NCBI GenBank assembly: GCA_964549615.1
Contig: CAZJVP010000020.1
Span: forward strand, 128,001-192,000
DNA from: an uncultured Thermococci archaeon
GTDB taxonomy: Archaea > CAYQAE01 > CAYVLA01
Direction: 5' to 3'
DNA length: 64,000 bases
In this document: positions 38,391 to 47,222 of the stretch, piece after piece
How positions within the stretch are numbered: the stretch's first letter is position 1
Layout: the number at the start of each line of letters is the position of its first letter
Program-made: the position numbers and the translations under genes
Notes under the pieces: model-generated
The model's input: only the letters and a program-made list of their open reading frames with translations
Told to the model about the DNA's origin: nothing
Databases searched by the model: none

Positions 38391-39881
38391 ATGACCAGCA
38401 AAGGCAGCATCATTAGGAGGTCGAGGTTTGAGCGGCCCCAGGATGAGGAAGCGGCCCGATTCCTCTCATCTATGTCCCAGGACCGGAAGATCTTGGAAGC
38501 CGACATCTGGGTGGACAAGGCCCACGTCCTCATGCTGAACAGGCAAGGGATAATCTCGAAAGAACACGCGCTTGCCATCCTTGGCGCGCTCGACGCCATT
38601 GCGTCAGCCGACCCCGACGAACTCCTGTCCAAGAAATCCGACGACGTGCATGTCCTCCTGGAGACGGAGCTGATCCGAAGGCTGGGGGAGGACGTCGGCG
38701 GCAGGCTCCATACTGCGAGGTCCCGAAACGACGAGGTGGCATGCTGTATTCGGATCGCGCTGCGGGACGAGCTGACGCTCATCCTGGAAGGGATATCGAA
38801 GCTCCAGGTCGTTCTCCTGAATCTGGCTGCCCAGCACACGAAGACGATCATGCCTGGCTACACCCACCTTCAGCGGGCCCAGCCGACCACCCTGGCGCAC
38901 CATCTCGTGGCCCACGCCTATGCCTTGCAGAGGGACGCCGCCCGCCTCATGAGCTGTTACGACAGGACCAACGTAAGCCCCTTGGGAGCCGGGGCGATGG
39001 CCTCGACGAGCTATCCCATCGACCCCGAGCTGACGGCCGACCTGCTCGGTTTTGAATCCGTGGCGCGGAATTCGATTGATGCGGTCGCATCTAGGGACTT
39101 TCTTCTGGAGGCGCTCTCCTGCCTCTCCATACTTGGGACAAACCTCAGCCGAATCGCGGAGGAGCTGATCCTATGGAGCACATCCGAGTTCGGTTTCATC
39201 CAGTTTTCAGACGAGTACTCATCGACCAGTTCCATCATGCCCCAAAAGAGGAACCCTGACGTGGCCGAACTCGCAAGGGCTCGAACCTCAACGGTCACGG
39301 GATGTCTCTTCTCGGCTTTCGCCATCTGCAAGGCTCTGCCGCTCTCCTACAACCTGGACTTCCAGGAAGCAACCACCCATCTCTGGCGGGCGACGGAGAC
39401 GATGCGATCCATCTTGGCCGTCCTCAGCGGAGCAATCTCGACTATGACGGTCCGTGGCGATGCGATGAGGCAAGCCGCCACCGCCGGGCTCACGTGGGCG
39501 ACGGATCTCGCCGACCTGATCGTGTTGGAGCATGGACTGCCCTTCAGGACAGCCCACTCCATCGTCGCTGCCGTTGTAAGAGATTCGACGGGTGAAAGCG
39601 ACCCGGAGCGCATATCCGCGGCGATCTCCCGCGCTTCCAGGGAGGTCGTCGGGAGGGAAATCGTCATCCCCAACGAGAAGCTCCGCCGGATCCTGGACGT
39701 CGAGTCCAGCATTGCCTCAAAGAAGGCCTGCGGCGGCCCATCGCCGGCGGAGGTGCAAAGGTCGATCCGCAGGCTGAGAGCCTCCGTCAACAGAAATCTT
39801 TTGTGGGCCGCCGCAAAGCAGAGAAGAATCTCCACGTCAAAGGAGAAGGTCGCGGCCCTACAGGCCGCCCTCTCCTGCTAG
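38391..39881 (+). CDS. argH: Argininosuccinate lyase
   Basis: DVH, LHTARSRND, MPGYTHLQRAQP, SPLGAGA, SSIMPQKRNPD, PFRTAH. Confidence 0.96.
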   Translation: MTSKGSIIRRSRFERPQDEEAARFLSSMSQDRKILEADIWVDKAHVLMLNRQGIISKEHALAILGALDAIASADPDELLSKKSDDVHVLLETELIRRLGEDVGGRLHTARSRNDEVACCIRIALRDELTLILEGISKLQVVLLNLAAQHTKTIMPGYTHLQRAQPTTLAHHLVAHAYALQRDAARLMSCYDRTNVSPLGAGAMASTSYPIDPELTADLLGFESVARNSIDAVASRDFLLEALSCLSILGTNLSRIAEELILWSTSEFGFIQFSDEYSSTSSIMPQKRNPDVAELARARTSTVTGCLFSAFAICKALPLSYNLDFQEATTHLWRATETMRSILAVLSGAISTMTVRGDAMRQAATAGLTWATDLADLIVLEHGLPFRTAHSIVAAVVRDSTGESDPERISAAISRASREVVGREIVIPNEKLRRILDVESSIASKKACGGPSPAEVQRSIRRLRASVNRNLLWAAAKQRRISTSKEKVAALQAALSC

Positions 39882-39891
39882 CAGTTGTCGG

Positions 39892-40779
39892 GTGCGTCGT
39901 GTGGAATGGTCTCAAGGCAGTGCAGAGGATAACCGCGCGCGGCGTTTCATGGCCATGGCAAGGGATAGGCTGGCCGAGGCCGCTCGGACGGGGGCCGATC
40001 CGTCGGTACTGGACCAAGCAAGCAGATATCTCTCGGATGCGCAGTATCACTTGGAAAAGGGGGATGAGGAGACGGCTCTGGCATCGGCCAGCTACTCGCA
40101 TGGCCTCCTGGATGGCTGCCTGGGCGTCAGTGAGGCCAAAGCCAGACAGACATCATTGCTGGCGAACGTCTTCATCAACGAGCTTCGGGGGACGCCATTC
40201 GTAACGCACCTGGCCTCCTTACTTGGGATCGGCGAGGACTCCATAAACATCACGCTGGAGATGTTGCAACGGCAGGGCCTCGTTACGCTGAGTGGCGGAC
40301 GGGTCCGACTCACCCCGGCAGGGAGATCCAAGCTCAAGGTTGGACTTGTCGCCGGAGTCTTTGATCTGATTCATCCGGGGCACATCGCCCTGCTGAGATG
40401 GGCCAAGAAGCGCGTCGACGTCCTGACCGTCGTCGTCGCCCGCGACCCAGGCTCGCAGATGAGGAAGGGCAGGGCACCCGTCCAGAACGAGGCCGACCGT
40501 CTAGCCGTTGTTTCGGCCCTCAAACCGGTCGACTACGCGTGTCTGGGTGACCGCGAGGATATCTACTTGCCCGTCCTGCGGATCCGGCCGGACCTCATCA
40601 TCCTTGGAAAGGACCAGGACGCGGACCCCGCCAAGATAAGGTCGGACCTTGCAAGAAGAAACCTAAGGGTGAAGGTCGTGAGAAGCCGCGCATGGGACTC
40701 GGGCGATCTGTCCAAGACCACGAAGATCGTGGACGAAATTAGAAGACGATCATCAGGGACTGGAGGGAAGGACCGTTAG
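39892..40779 (+). CDS. ribL: DUF357 - wHTH - FAD synthase (RibL-type nucleotidyltransferase) fusion
   Basis: YLSDAQYHLEKGD..ALASASYSHGLLD (DUF357), LEMLQRQGLV..LTPAG (wHTH), AGVFDLIHPGH, VVVARD, RPDLIILGKDQ, SKTTKI (RibL). Confidence 0.82.
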   Translation: MRRVEWSQGSAEDNRARRFMAMARDRLAEAARTGADPSVLDQASRYLSDAQYHLEKGDEETALASASYSHGLLDGCLGVSEAKARQTSLLANVFINELRGTPFVTHLASLLGIGEDSINITLEMLQRQGLVTLSGGRVRLTPAGRSKLKVGLVAGVFDLIHPGHIALLRWAKKRVDVLTVVVARDPGSQMRKGRAPVQNEADRLAVVSALKPVDYACLGDREDIYLPVLRIRPDLIILGKDQDADPAKIRSDLARRNLRVKVVRSRAWDSGDLSKTTKIVDEIRRRSSGTGGKDR

Positions 40780-41412
40780 GCAGACCAGGTCCCCGTCCCT
40801 GAGGCCCAGCCTCTCCCTCAAGTTCACATCGGACACGACCTCTAGGACGTCCTTGGGGTAGTGGGTTCTGTCAGGGATGAATATCACGCCTTGGGCCTCG
40901 GAGCCGATCCGCACCCTGAAACATTTCCCGCCCCCAAAGCTCCGGCCCCCGGACTGAAATCCGTCGATCTTCAGGCCGGGCCTTGCCCGGATCTCGTCTG
41001 CTGAGCCGGCTGGGATCCTCAGGTTCAGAGTCCCTGGGTAAGGATCAAAACCAAGCCTATCCCTGAACTGTTTGCGGTAGCCTTCCTGACTCATGTAGTA
41101 TGCTCCCTCGCCAAGCCCGGTGAAGACGGTGCCCTCGATCGTGCATCCCTCCAGTATCTTCGTCAACAGCTTGTGCAGATCTTGGAGCTGGTTCATCCCC
41201 GCGGGCGTGATCTTGACTGTCTGGGCCTTCCCTTCTTTCTGTCTGGTCACAAGGCCGTTTCTCTCCATGCACATCAGCACGCGGCTGGCGGTCTGTTGAG
41301 ACCTCCCTATTGCGGCTCCCAGCTCCGCGGTGGAAACCTTGACGTGCCTCCTATCCGCCCCGCGCAGGGCAAGCTCCACAAGATAGGCCAGTTCTAGAAA
41401 TCGCATCATCAT
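40753..41412 (-). CDS. ribK: HTH-fused CTP-dependent riboflavin kinase (RbkR type)
   Basis: SQQTASR HTH; GTVFTGLGEGAYY, PYPGTLN, PDRTHY, LEVVS..LR..LGL.DGD. Confidence 0.95.
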   Translation of the reverse strand: MMMRFLELAYLVELALRGADRRHVKVSTAELGAAIGRSQQTASRVLMCMERNGLVTRQKEGKAQTVKITPAGMNQLQDLHKLLTKILEGCTIEGTVFTGLGEGAYYMSQEGYRKQFRDRLGFDPYPGTLNLRIPAGSADEIRARPGLKIDGFQSGGRSFGGGKCFRVRIGSEAQGVIFIPDRTHYPKDVLEVVSDVNLRERLGLRDGDLVCLTVLPSSP

Positions 41413-42290
41413 TGCCCATCGATCATTGTACCGATGCCCCTGTCCGTCAGGAGCTCCAGAACAAGGGAATGCGGCGTGTCCCCATTCAGTATGTGAGCCC
41501 GACCGACCCCCGCGTTGAGTGCCCTGATGCAGGATTCAACCTTCGGCAACATGCCCCCGCTGATGACATTAGCCTTGATCAGGTTTTTGAGCTGTCGAAG
41601 CGAAAGGGACGAGATCAGGCTCGAGGGGTCTGCGGGATCCCGCATGATGCCGGGAACGTCCGTAAGCACAACGTACTTCTCAGCGCGAAGCGCGCCAGCG
41701 AGGTCGCCCGCGAGGATGTCGGCGTTGATGTTAAGTCCTTTTCCTTCGTCATCCATGGCCACCGGCGCTATGACCGGGATGAACCCTGCATTTGATAGCG
41801 TCTCCACGACCTCGGTGTTGAGGGACTCGACCACCCCGACCCTGCCAAGCTTTGGATCCTTCACCTTTCCCGTTATCAGCCTTCCGTCCTTGCCAGATAT
41901 CCCAACCGATCTTCCGCCCTGCTGCTCGATAGCGCAGACGATTGACTTGTTCACCTTGCCAACCAGGACCATCTCGACGATCTCCATCGTTTCGTCGTCC
42001 GTAACCCTGAGGCCTTCCACGAAGATAGGCTCCTTATGCATCCTCTTCATGTAGGCCGATATCTCGTCGCCCCCACCGTGGACAACGACGGGCTTCATGC
42101 CGACGAGCCTCAAGAGGACTATGTCCTTCGCCACGTTGGCGAGCTTGTCTTGGCTCGAGCTGACGTTGCCCCCGAACTTCACAACGATTGTCTTGCCGTA
42201 CAGCTTCCGTATGTAGGGCAAGGCCTCCACGAGGGTCTCAGCCACTTGCTCCACGGACAGATCTGGGCTCACCACAAACCCTGATTGCAC
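41409..42290 (-). CDS. argB: Acetylglutamate kinase
   Basis: EALPYI, VVKFGG, VVVHGGG, GLRVTD, NINAD, LTDVPG, GGMLPK, GIGT. Confidence 0.96.
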   Translation of the reverse strand: MQSGFVVSPDLSVEQVAETLVEALPYIRKLYGKTIVVKFGGNVSSSQDKLANVAKDIVLLRLVGMKPVVVHGGGDEISAYMKRMHKEPIFVEGLRVTDDETMEIVEMVLVGKVNKSIVCAIEQQGGRSVGISGKDGRLITGKVKDPKLGRVGVVESLNTEVVETLSNAGFIPVIAPVAMDDEGKGLNINADILAGDLAGALRAEKYVVLTDVPGIMRDPADPSSLISSLSLRQLKNLIKANVISGGMLPKVESCIRALNAGVGRAHILNGDTPHSLVLELLTDRGIGTMIDGQ

Positions 42291-42307
42291 GACACCTGGG
42301 ACACGAG

Positions 42308-42318
42308 ATATATATTTT
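42308..42318. promoter_or_regulatory. TATA-like element shared by divergent argB and PTPS genes
   Basis: ATATATATTTT in a 53-bp divergent gap. Confidence 0.5.
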
Positions 42319-42343
42319 GTCCGGCCGCGCTTCGCGGACTCAG

Positions 42344-42796
42344 ATGATGCTGACGGTTGGAGGCATCAACGTCTCGATCGCACACTTCGTAGAGTTAGGA
42401 GGCGTCTTCGAGAGCCTTCACGGCCACAACCTCGTGCTCTCCGCGCAAGTGGAGGGGAAACCTGACACCGGCCTCGTGATGGATTTCAGAGCGCTTGAGA
42501 AGCTGTTGCGCGACGTTGCTTCCCTGATCGACCACAGGCTCATCATTCCAAGGGACAATCGGAACCTCAGAATCGCAAAACGGGAAGGCATGCTCGAGAT
42601 ACGAACCCCCTCCAAACGTTACTTGATACCAGAAACCGACGTAATTCTGCTCCCGATGACGAACTCCACCGTCGAGGAGATAGCCCGTTTCGTCTACGAG
42701 GAGGTCAGCATGAGGCTGCCGCCCACGGTCAAGCTGGAAAGCGTCTCCGTCGGCGAGCGGGAAGGCAAGACGGCGACCTTTGGACCAAATCCCTAG
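42344..42796 (+). CDS. 6-pyruvoyl-tetrahydropterin synthase/QueD-fold protein with PTPS-III (ExxHGH) signature
   Basis: IAHF, FESLHGHN, MDF, IDHRLIIP, NSTVEEIA, VGE; start ATG 42344. Confidence 0.88.
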   Translation: MMLTVGGINVSIAHFVELGGVFESLHGHNLVLSAQVEGKPDTGLVMDFRALEKLLRDVASLIDHRLIIPRDNRNLRIAKREGMLEIRTPSKRYLIPETDVILLPMTNSTVEEIARFVYEEVSMRLPPTVKLESVSVGEREGKTATFGPNP

Positions 42797-43650
42797 GATG
42801 GCCTAGCCTTCTCCACCCACTCTTTTCCGTACTCGGTCAGGGTTATCTCCTTCTGCCTGCCGGTGTAGGAGGTCGTCACGAAGCCGCATCTCTCCAAGGT
42901 CGCGATCTGTTTGGCCGCCATCACCCGATCGGTCGGCGTCGGCCTCCTGCCAAGCAGCTTCACCAGAAGGTCGGTTATCGAGGGGGACCTCCCTCCTGCC
43001 TTCTCCAAGGCCTCAAGGTATCCTGGCTCGATCTCCTCCTGTTCGATCCTAATGGGGAGCGGAGGACACTTCAGGACCTTCCTCACCCCGACGGCAAGCT
43101 GGGGAACCTGGAACTCGCGCAGCCCTTCCTCGATCACCTGCTTCATGTGTTCCAAGGCCTCCGTCTTCTTGGTATCTAGGTATGTCTTGAGGTCCTTCTG
43201 CAAGACCTCAAGCTTCCTCCTGGCCACCTCAGGGGTGAAGTACGATCTTGGGCTGACGTAGTAGATATTGGCGCCGATCTCCAACGCAGCGAGGAAGAGG
43301 GCGCATGAGACTATGCGCGTGCCCGACGAGATGTCGATGAGGAACTCTGCCTGCGGGGAAAGCTTGGCAAGAATGGCGCGGAAGTCTAGGTATGCGTCCA
43401 GAAGGTCGAAGAAGTTGACCCTGAACGTGGTGATGTCGATCATGTCCTGGTCGACTGGGATGATGGGATCCTCTGCAAGCTTCTTCTTCAGGTCCGTCAG
43501 CAGCTCCTCGATGGTTATCTCGACGCCCGACATCTCGGACGATTTCTTCTTGTTTCGGATTATGTAGACCTTGTCCGGCTGAAGATGCGTTATTGCCCCG
43601 ATGATTCGATCCCTCTCGAGGCCCTGCGGGACTAGAAGATACCTCGGCAA
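42793..43650 (-). CDS. CARF-like (Csa3/DUF6293-type) domain plus C-terminal wHTH regulator
   Basis: LLVPQGLERDRI, PDKVYII, LIDISSGTRIVSCALFLAA, IYYVSPRSY; C-terminal QIATLERCGFV...KEITLTEYG; start TTG 43650. Confidence 0.8.
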   Translation of the reverse strand: MPRYLLVPQGLERDRIIGAITHLQPDKVYIIRNKKKSSEMSGVEITIEELLTDLKKKLAEDPIIPVDQDMIDITTFRVNFFDLLDAYLDFRAILAKLSPQAEFLIDISSGTRIVSCALFLAALEIGANIYYVSPRSYFTPEVARRKLEVLQKDLKTYLDTKKTEALEHMKQVIEEGLREFQVPQLAVGVRKVLKCPPLPIRIEQEEIEPGYLEALEKAGGRSPSITDLLVKLLGRRPTPTDRVMAAKQIATLERCGFVTTSYTGRQKEITLTEYGKEWVEKARPS

Positions 43651-43693
43651 GCAGACACCGAAAAGCGAAACACATCGGACGAATAAATATCTT

Positions 43694-43777
43694 AATGTTT
43701 CACACAGGCGGAAAATGTTTTCACTGCCAATCGAAATGAGTTCGCCATCGCCATAGCAACTCATTGACGTTTATATG
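43694..43777. promoter_or_regulatory. Inverted and direct repeats plus TATA box in the CARF-wHTH / RNase H divergent region
   Basis: GAAAA-TG-TTTTC (43711-43722); AATGAGTT-N15-AACTCATT (43735-43765); AATGTTT(T)CAC twice (43694, 43714); TTTATATG at 43770-43777. Confidence 0.55.
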
Positions 43778-43810
43778 ATTCGCTTGCCGCACCCCCCTCA
43801 AAGGAGCGAC

Positions 43811-44434
43811 ATGGGCGGTTCTAAGGTCATCGGCGCCGACGAGGTTGGCTCGGGAGATACCTTTTGCGGGCTCGTGGTCTCGGCAGCCTGCGTCACGGAT
43901 GAGCAGGAGGAATACCTGAGGTCTCACCGCGTCAGGGATAGCAAGAGGATCTCCGACTCCATGATTGGCCAGTACGTCGCGCTGATCACCGAAGCGGGCG
44001 TTCGCCACAGCACGATCGTGGTAAGCCCACTGCAGCTCAACAGGCTTCTGGCAGAGGGGTTGCCCCATGTCGAGATACAGAACATGATGTATGAGAGAGC
44101 CATCGGTAGCCTCATACAGAAGGTTGGGAAGCCCGACAAGGTGTATGTTGACCAGTACCCAGGGGCAAGGATAAGCATCGACCATCAATCCCTTGAGCTG
44201 GTTCCCGGAGCGGGCGAGAAGTACTTGTGCGTGGCCGCGGCCAGCATCATGGCCCGGTCTGCGTACCTCGGAATGAGGAGATGCCTCGAGAGGGAGCTTG
44301 GAATGCCAATACCTCTGGGCAGTTCGAAAGTCGAGGAATTGCTCAGGCACATGATCCACAACGAGGTAGACATCACCAAGTATGCAAAGCTTTACCCAAA
44401 CAACGTCAGGGACTTGCTGAGAGAACTCCGCTAA
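43811..44434 (+). CDS. Type 2 RNase H, RNase HIII-like, lacking the N-terminal TBP-like domain
   Basis: IGADEVGSGDTFCGLVVSAA, VRDSK, VYVDQY, VAAASIMAR, PLGSS, YAKL; ATG 43811 preceded by AAGGAG. Confidence 0.82.
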   Translation: MGGSKVIGADEVGSGDTFCGLVVSAACVTDEQEEYLRSHRVRDSKRISDSMIGQYVALITEAGVRHSTIVVSPLQLNRLLAEGLPHVEIQNMMYERAIGSLIQKVGKPDKVYVDQYPGARISIDHQSLELVPGAGEKYLCVAAASIMARSAYLGMRRCLERELGMPIPLGSSKVEELLRHMIHNEVDITKYAKLYPNNVRDLLRELR

Positions 44435-44559
44435 AGCCACGCGGGTAAAGACACGCCGGCCAACTGACCGACACGCAGCGGATCGCACACGGAACCATGA
44501 GCGGGGGGATAAGCCACGTTGATACAAACATTTATGAGTCATCAACGAGAGTAATCCGC

Positions 44560-46074
44560 GTGGCTAGGCCGAAGGTCTCCAAGACCATTCAGGAGATAAA
44601 TCAGAAGATACGCGACGGCAACGTGGTCGTGGTGACCGCGGAAGAGATGCCCGACATAGTTCGGGAGAAGGGCCCCGTCAAGGCCGCCGAAGAAGTGGAC
44701 GTGGTCACGACGGGCACCTTCGGGGCGATGTGTTCGTCGGGGGCCTGGCTGAACTTCGGCCACGCGGACCCTCCCATCAAGATGAAAAGGGTCTGGCTTA
44801 ACGACGTCGAGGCGTATACCGGAGTCGCTGCCGTCGACGCCTACATCGGCGCTACGCAGCTGAGCGAGACGCGCGGGTTTGACTACGGCGGGGGACACGT
44901 GATTGAAGACCTGGTTCGCGGCCGCGCCGTATCCCTGAGAGCTGAAGCCTACGGCACCGATTGCTATCCCCGTACCCACCTTGAGCTTGAGATCGCACTC
45001 GAGGACCTGAACCAAGCCGTGATGCTCAACCCCCGAAACGCCTACCAGAGGTACAACGCCGCAACCAACAGTAGGGATGAGACCATCTACACATATATGG
45101 GCGTCCTGCTGCCCGAAATGAGGAACGCCACCTTCTCGGGCTCCGGAGTCCTCAGCCCACTTTGCAATGACCCGGAGTACAGGACGATAGGCCTGGGCAC
45201 AAGGATATTCCTGGGCGGGGCCGAGGGATACGTGATCGGCCCGGGCACCCAACATTCGCCGGCTGACGGCTTCGGGACATTGATGGTCAAAGGGGACCTG
45301 AAGCAGATGTCAGCCGACTACCTTAGAGGAGCAACCTTCGAACGGTACGGGACCACCCTATACGTCGGCATCGGGGTCCCGATCCCGATACTCGACGAAG
45401 GCCTAGCCAGATCCACCGCGGTGACCGACGAGCAGATCAAGGTCAAGATCTTGGACTACGGCGTGCCGCGGAGGGACCGGCCGGTGGTGAAGGAGACGAA
45501 CTACGCAGAACTCAGGTCGGGCCGGGTAACCATCAACAACCGTGAGGTTCCCGTATCCCCGCTCTCCAGCTTCAAGATCGCGAGGAAGATCGCCAATACC
45601 CTCAAGGAACGAATAGCCGGCGGGCAGTTCACGTTGACGGAGCCAGTCGAGCGCCTTCCGCGGAGGGCACGGTTCCGCCCGATGAAGAGCGAGGCACTCG
45701 TTCCATTCGTCGAGGACGTTGCGACGGGAAAGGTGGTGACGGCACCTCCACAGATGAGCATAGAGGAGGCGGCCAAGAAGTTGACCGTTGAAGAAGTCAA
45801 CAGCCTGCTCATCGAAGACGAGCAACGCAGGCTGATAGGGATCCTGACTTCCTGGGACATCGCCAAGGCCGTCGCCACCGGGATCGACTGCGTCGGGGAA
45901 GCCATGACCCGGAAGGTCATAGTGGCACACAAAGGAGAGCCCATCTATCTTGCGGCGAGGAAACTCGAGAAGCACGGCATAAGCGCGCTTCCCATAGTCG
46001 ATGGCAAGAAGAGGGTGCTAGGGATCGTATCGGACGAGGACATAGCCAGGTTCGTGGGGAGGAGGAGACTGTGA
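44560..46074 (+). CDS. Homocysteine biosynthesis protein (DUF39 + CBS; MA1821-like aspartate-semialdehyde sulfurtransferase)
   Basis: KTIQEINQKI, VDVVTTGTFGAMCSSG, YGGGHVIEDL, GTDCYP, NPRNAYQ, TYMG, GTQH, GVPIP, C-terminal CBS pair; GTG 44560. Confidence 0.95.
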   Translation: MARPKVSKTIQEINQKIRDGNVVVVTAEEMPDIVREKGPVKAAEEVDVVTTGTFGAMCSSGAWLNFGHADPPIKMKRVWLNDVEAYTGVAAVDAYIGATQLSETRGFDYGGGHVIEDLVRGRAVSLRAEAYGTDCYPRTHLELEIALEDLNQAVMLNPRNAYQRYNAATNSRDETIYTYMGVLLPEMRNATFSGSGVLSPLCNDPEYRTIGLGTRIFLGGAEGYVIGPGTQHSPADGFGTLMVKGDLKQMSADYLRGATFERYGTTLYVGIGVPIPILDEGLARSTAVTDEQIKVKILDYGVPRRDRPVVKETNYAELRSGRVTINNREVPVSPLSSFKIARKIANTLKERIAGGQFTLTEPVERLPRRARFRPMKSEALVPFVEDVATGKVVTAPPQMSIEEAAKKLTVEEVNSLLIEDEQRRLIGILTSWDIAKAVATGIDCVGEAMTRKVIVAHKGEPIYLAARKLEKHGISALPIVDGKKRVLGIVSDEDIARFVGRRRL

Positions 46075-46469
46075 CCTACTTTCGACTCGAGTTCCCGCGT
46101 GAGATCGTGACCGAGCCAATCATATCGGAGACGATACGCCGCACCGGAACCCTGATCAACATCCTCAGGGCAAGGGTCGATGAAACCCATGGGGAGATCA
46201 TCGCCGAGGTCACAGGCGAGGGATCGGAGGTCGAGAGGGTCGTCACCTACCTCAAGGAGCGCGGGGTGCTGGTCGAGGAGCTCAGCGGCAGCGTCTCAGT
46301 GAAGGTGGACGGATGCATACACTGCGGGGCTTGCGTTTCCATCTGCCCCGTCGGTGCGATATCGATGGGGCGCGAGTATGAGGTTGTATTCGACGCCTCT
46401 AGGTGCATATCATGCAGGGTCTGCGTCCCGGCGTGCCCGGTGAGAGCCATACAGGCCCCACCCCTCTAG
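46071..46469 (+). CDS. NIL domain plus 2x[4Fe-4S] ferredoxin (MA1822-like)
   Basis: EPII...NILRA (NIL); CIHCGACVSICP and CISCRVCVPACP. Confidence 0.93.
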   Translation: MTYFRLEFPREIVTEPIISETIRRTGTLINILRARVDETHGEIIAEVTGEGSEVERVVTYLKERGVLVEELSGSVSVKVDGCIHCGACVSICPVGAISMGREYEVVFDASRCISCRVCVPACPVRAIQAPPL

Positions 46470-47212
46470 GGGGCTCTTGAGTGCGATTGGGGATTGGCAA
46501 TGAGATCGGCATCACCCGCGAGGGCCAGCACCTCGGGGAGATCCCCCCAAGCAGCCATCTCCTCCCCGCGCACAATGAGCACGCCTATTGCACCAATGCT
46601 CTGGGCCTTTGCTATTCCAATCTTGAGACCATCCTCTCCCCTAACTTCGTTGCAAACCGACGTAGCTGCCGCGTCGGCTATGATCGCCGACTTCCGCGAG
46701 TACACGACAACGGCATCCGCCTCACCAAAGCTTAGGGACTCGCCAACCGTGGCCGAGCTGGTACAGAGGCCGGCGTAGGAACCGCCGGGACTTACCCTCA
46801 ATCCCAACTTCCCGGAGAGCGGCGAGCTGCCGGCGTATATGCCCACGATGAAGGGACCATCGCCATGGAGGCATATGTCGCCGCCGTTCTCCACAATCAC
46901 GTTGCGCGCGCCGGCCTCCACAGCAGATCGAGCCGCCACCTCAGCCATAGCCCCCGCGACCGCCGCAAACGGGCCGACGCCAGCCAAACTCGCAGCGTCA
47001 TACATGTCAGATATGAACCAGGGCAGGTCCCCGCAAGGCTTCTCTAACGGTTCGAGCGACCACCTGAACTCCGGACATCTTTCGATGTGAGCAAGGAGCT
47101 GGGCCCGGGCACGGACGACCGCCCCCCTGATGGGCTCAATTGCGCTGTCCAGATCCGTCTTTATCAGAAGGCTAGTTTGCCCATAGGTCATTCTGTGACT
47201 GGTAAGGCGCAT
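46466..47212 (-). CDS. UPF0280/ApbE-like protein (COG2122; MA1715-like)
   Basis: F..SLEP, VGPFAAVAGA, IVENGGDI, GLCTSSATVGESLSFGEADA, ADAAAT...N. Confidence 0.92.
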   Translation of the reverse strand: MRLTSHRMTYGQTSLLIKTDLDSAIEPIRGAVVRARAQLLAHIERCPEFRWSLEPLEKPCGDLPWFISDMYDAASLAGVGPFAAVAGAMAEVAARSAVEAGARNVIVENGGDICLHGDGPFIVGIYAGSSPLSGKLGLRVSPGGSYAGLCTSSATVGESLSFGEADAVVVYSRKSAIIADAAATSVCNEVRGEDGLKIGIAKAQSIGAIGVLIVRGEEMAAWGDLPEVLALAGDADLIANPQSHSRAP

Positions 47213-47222
47213 GGGTGAAAGC

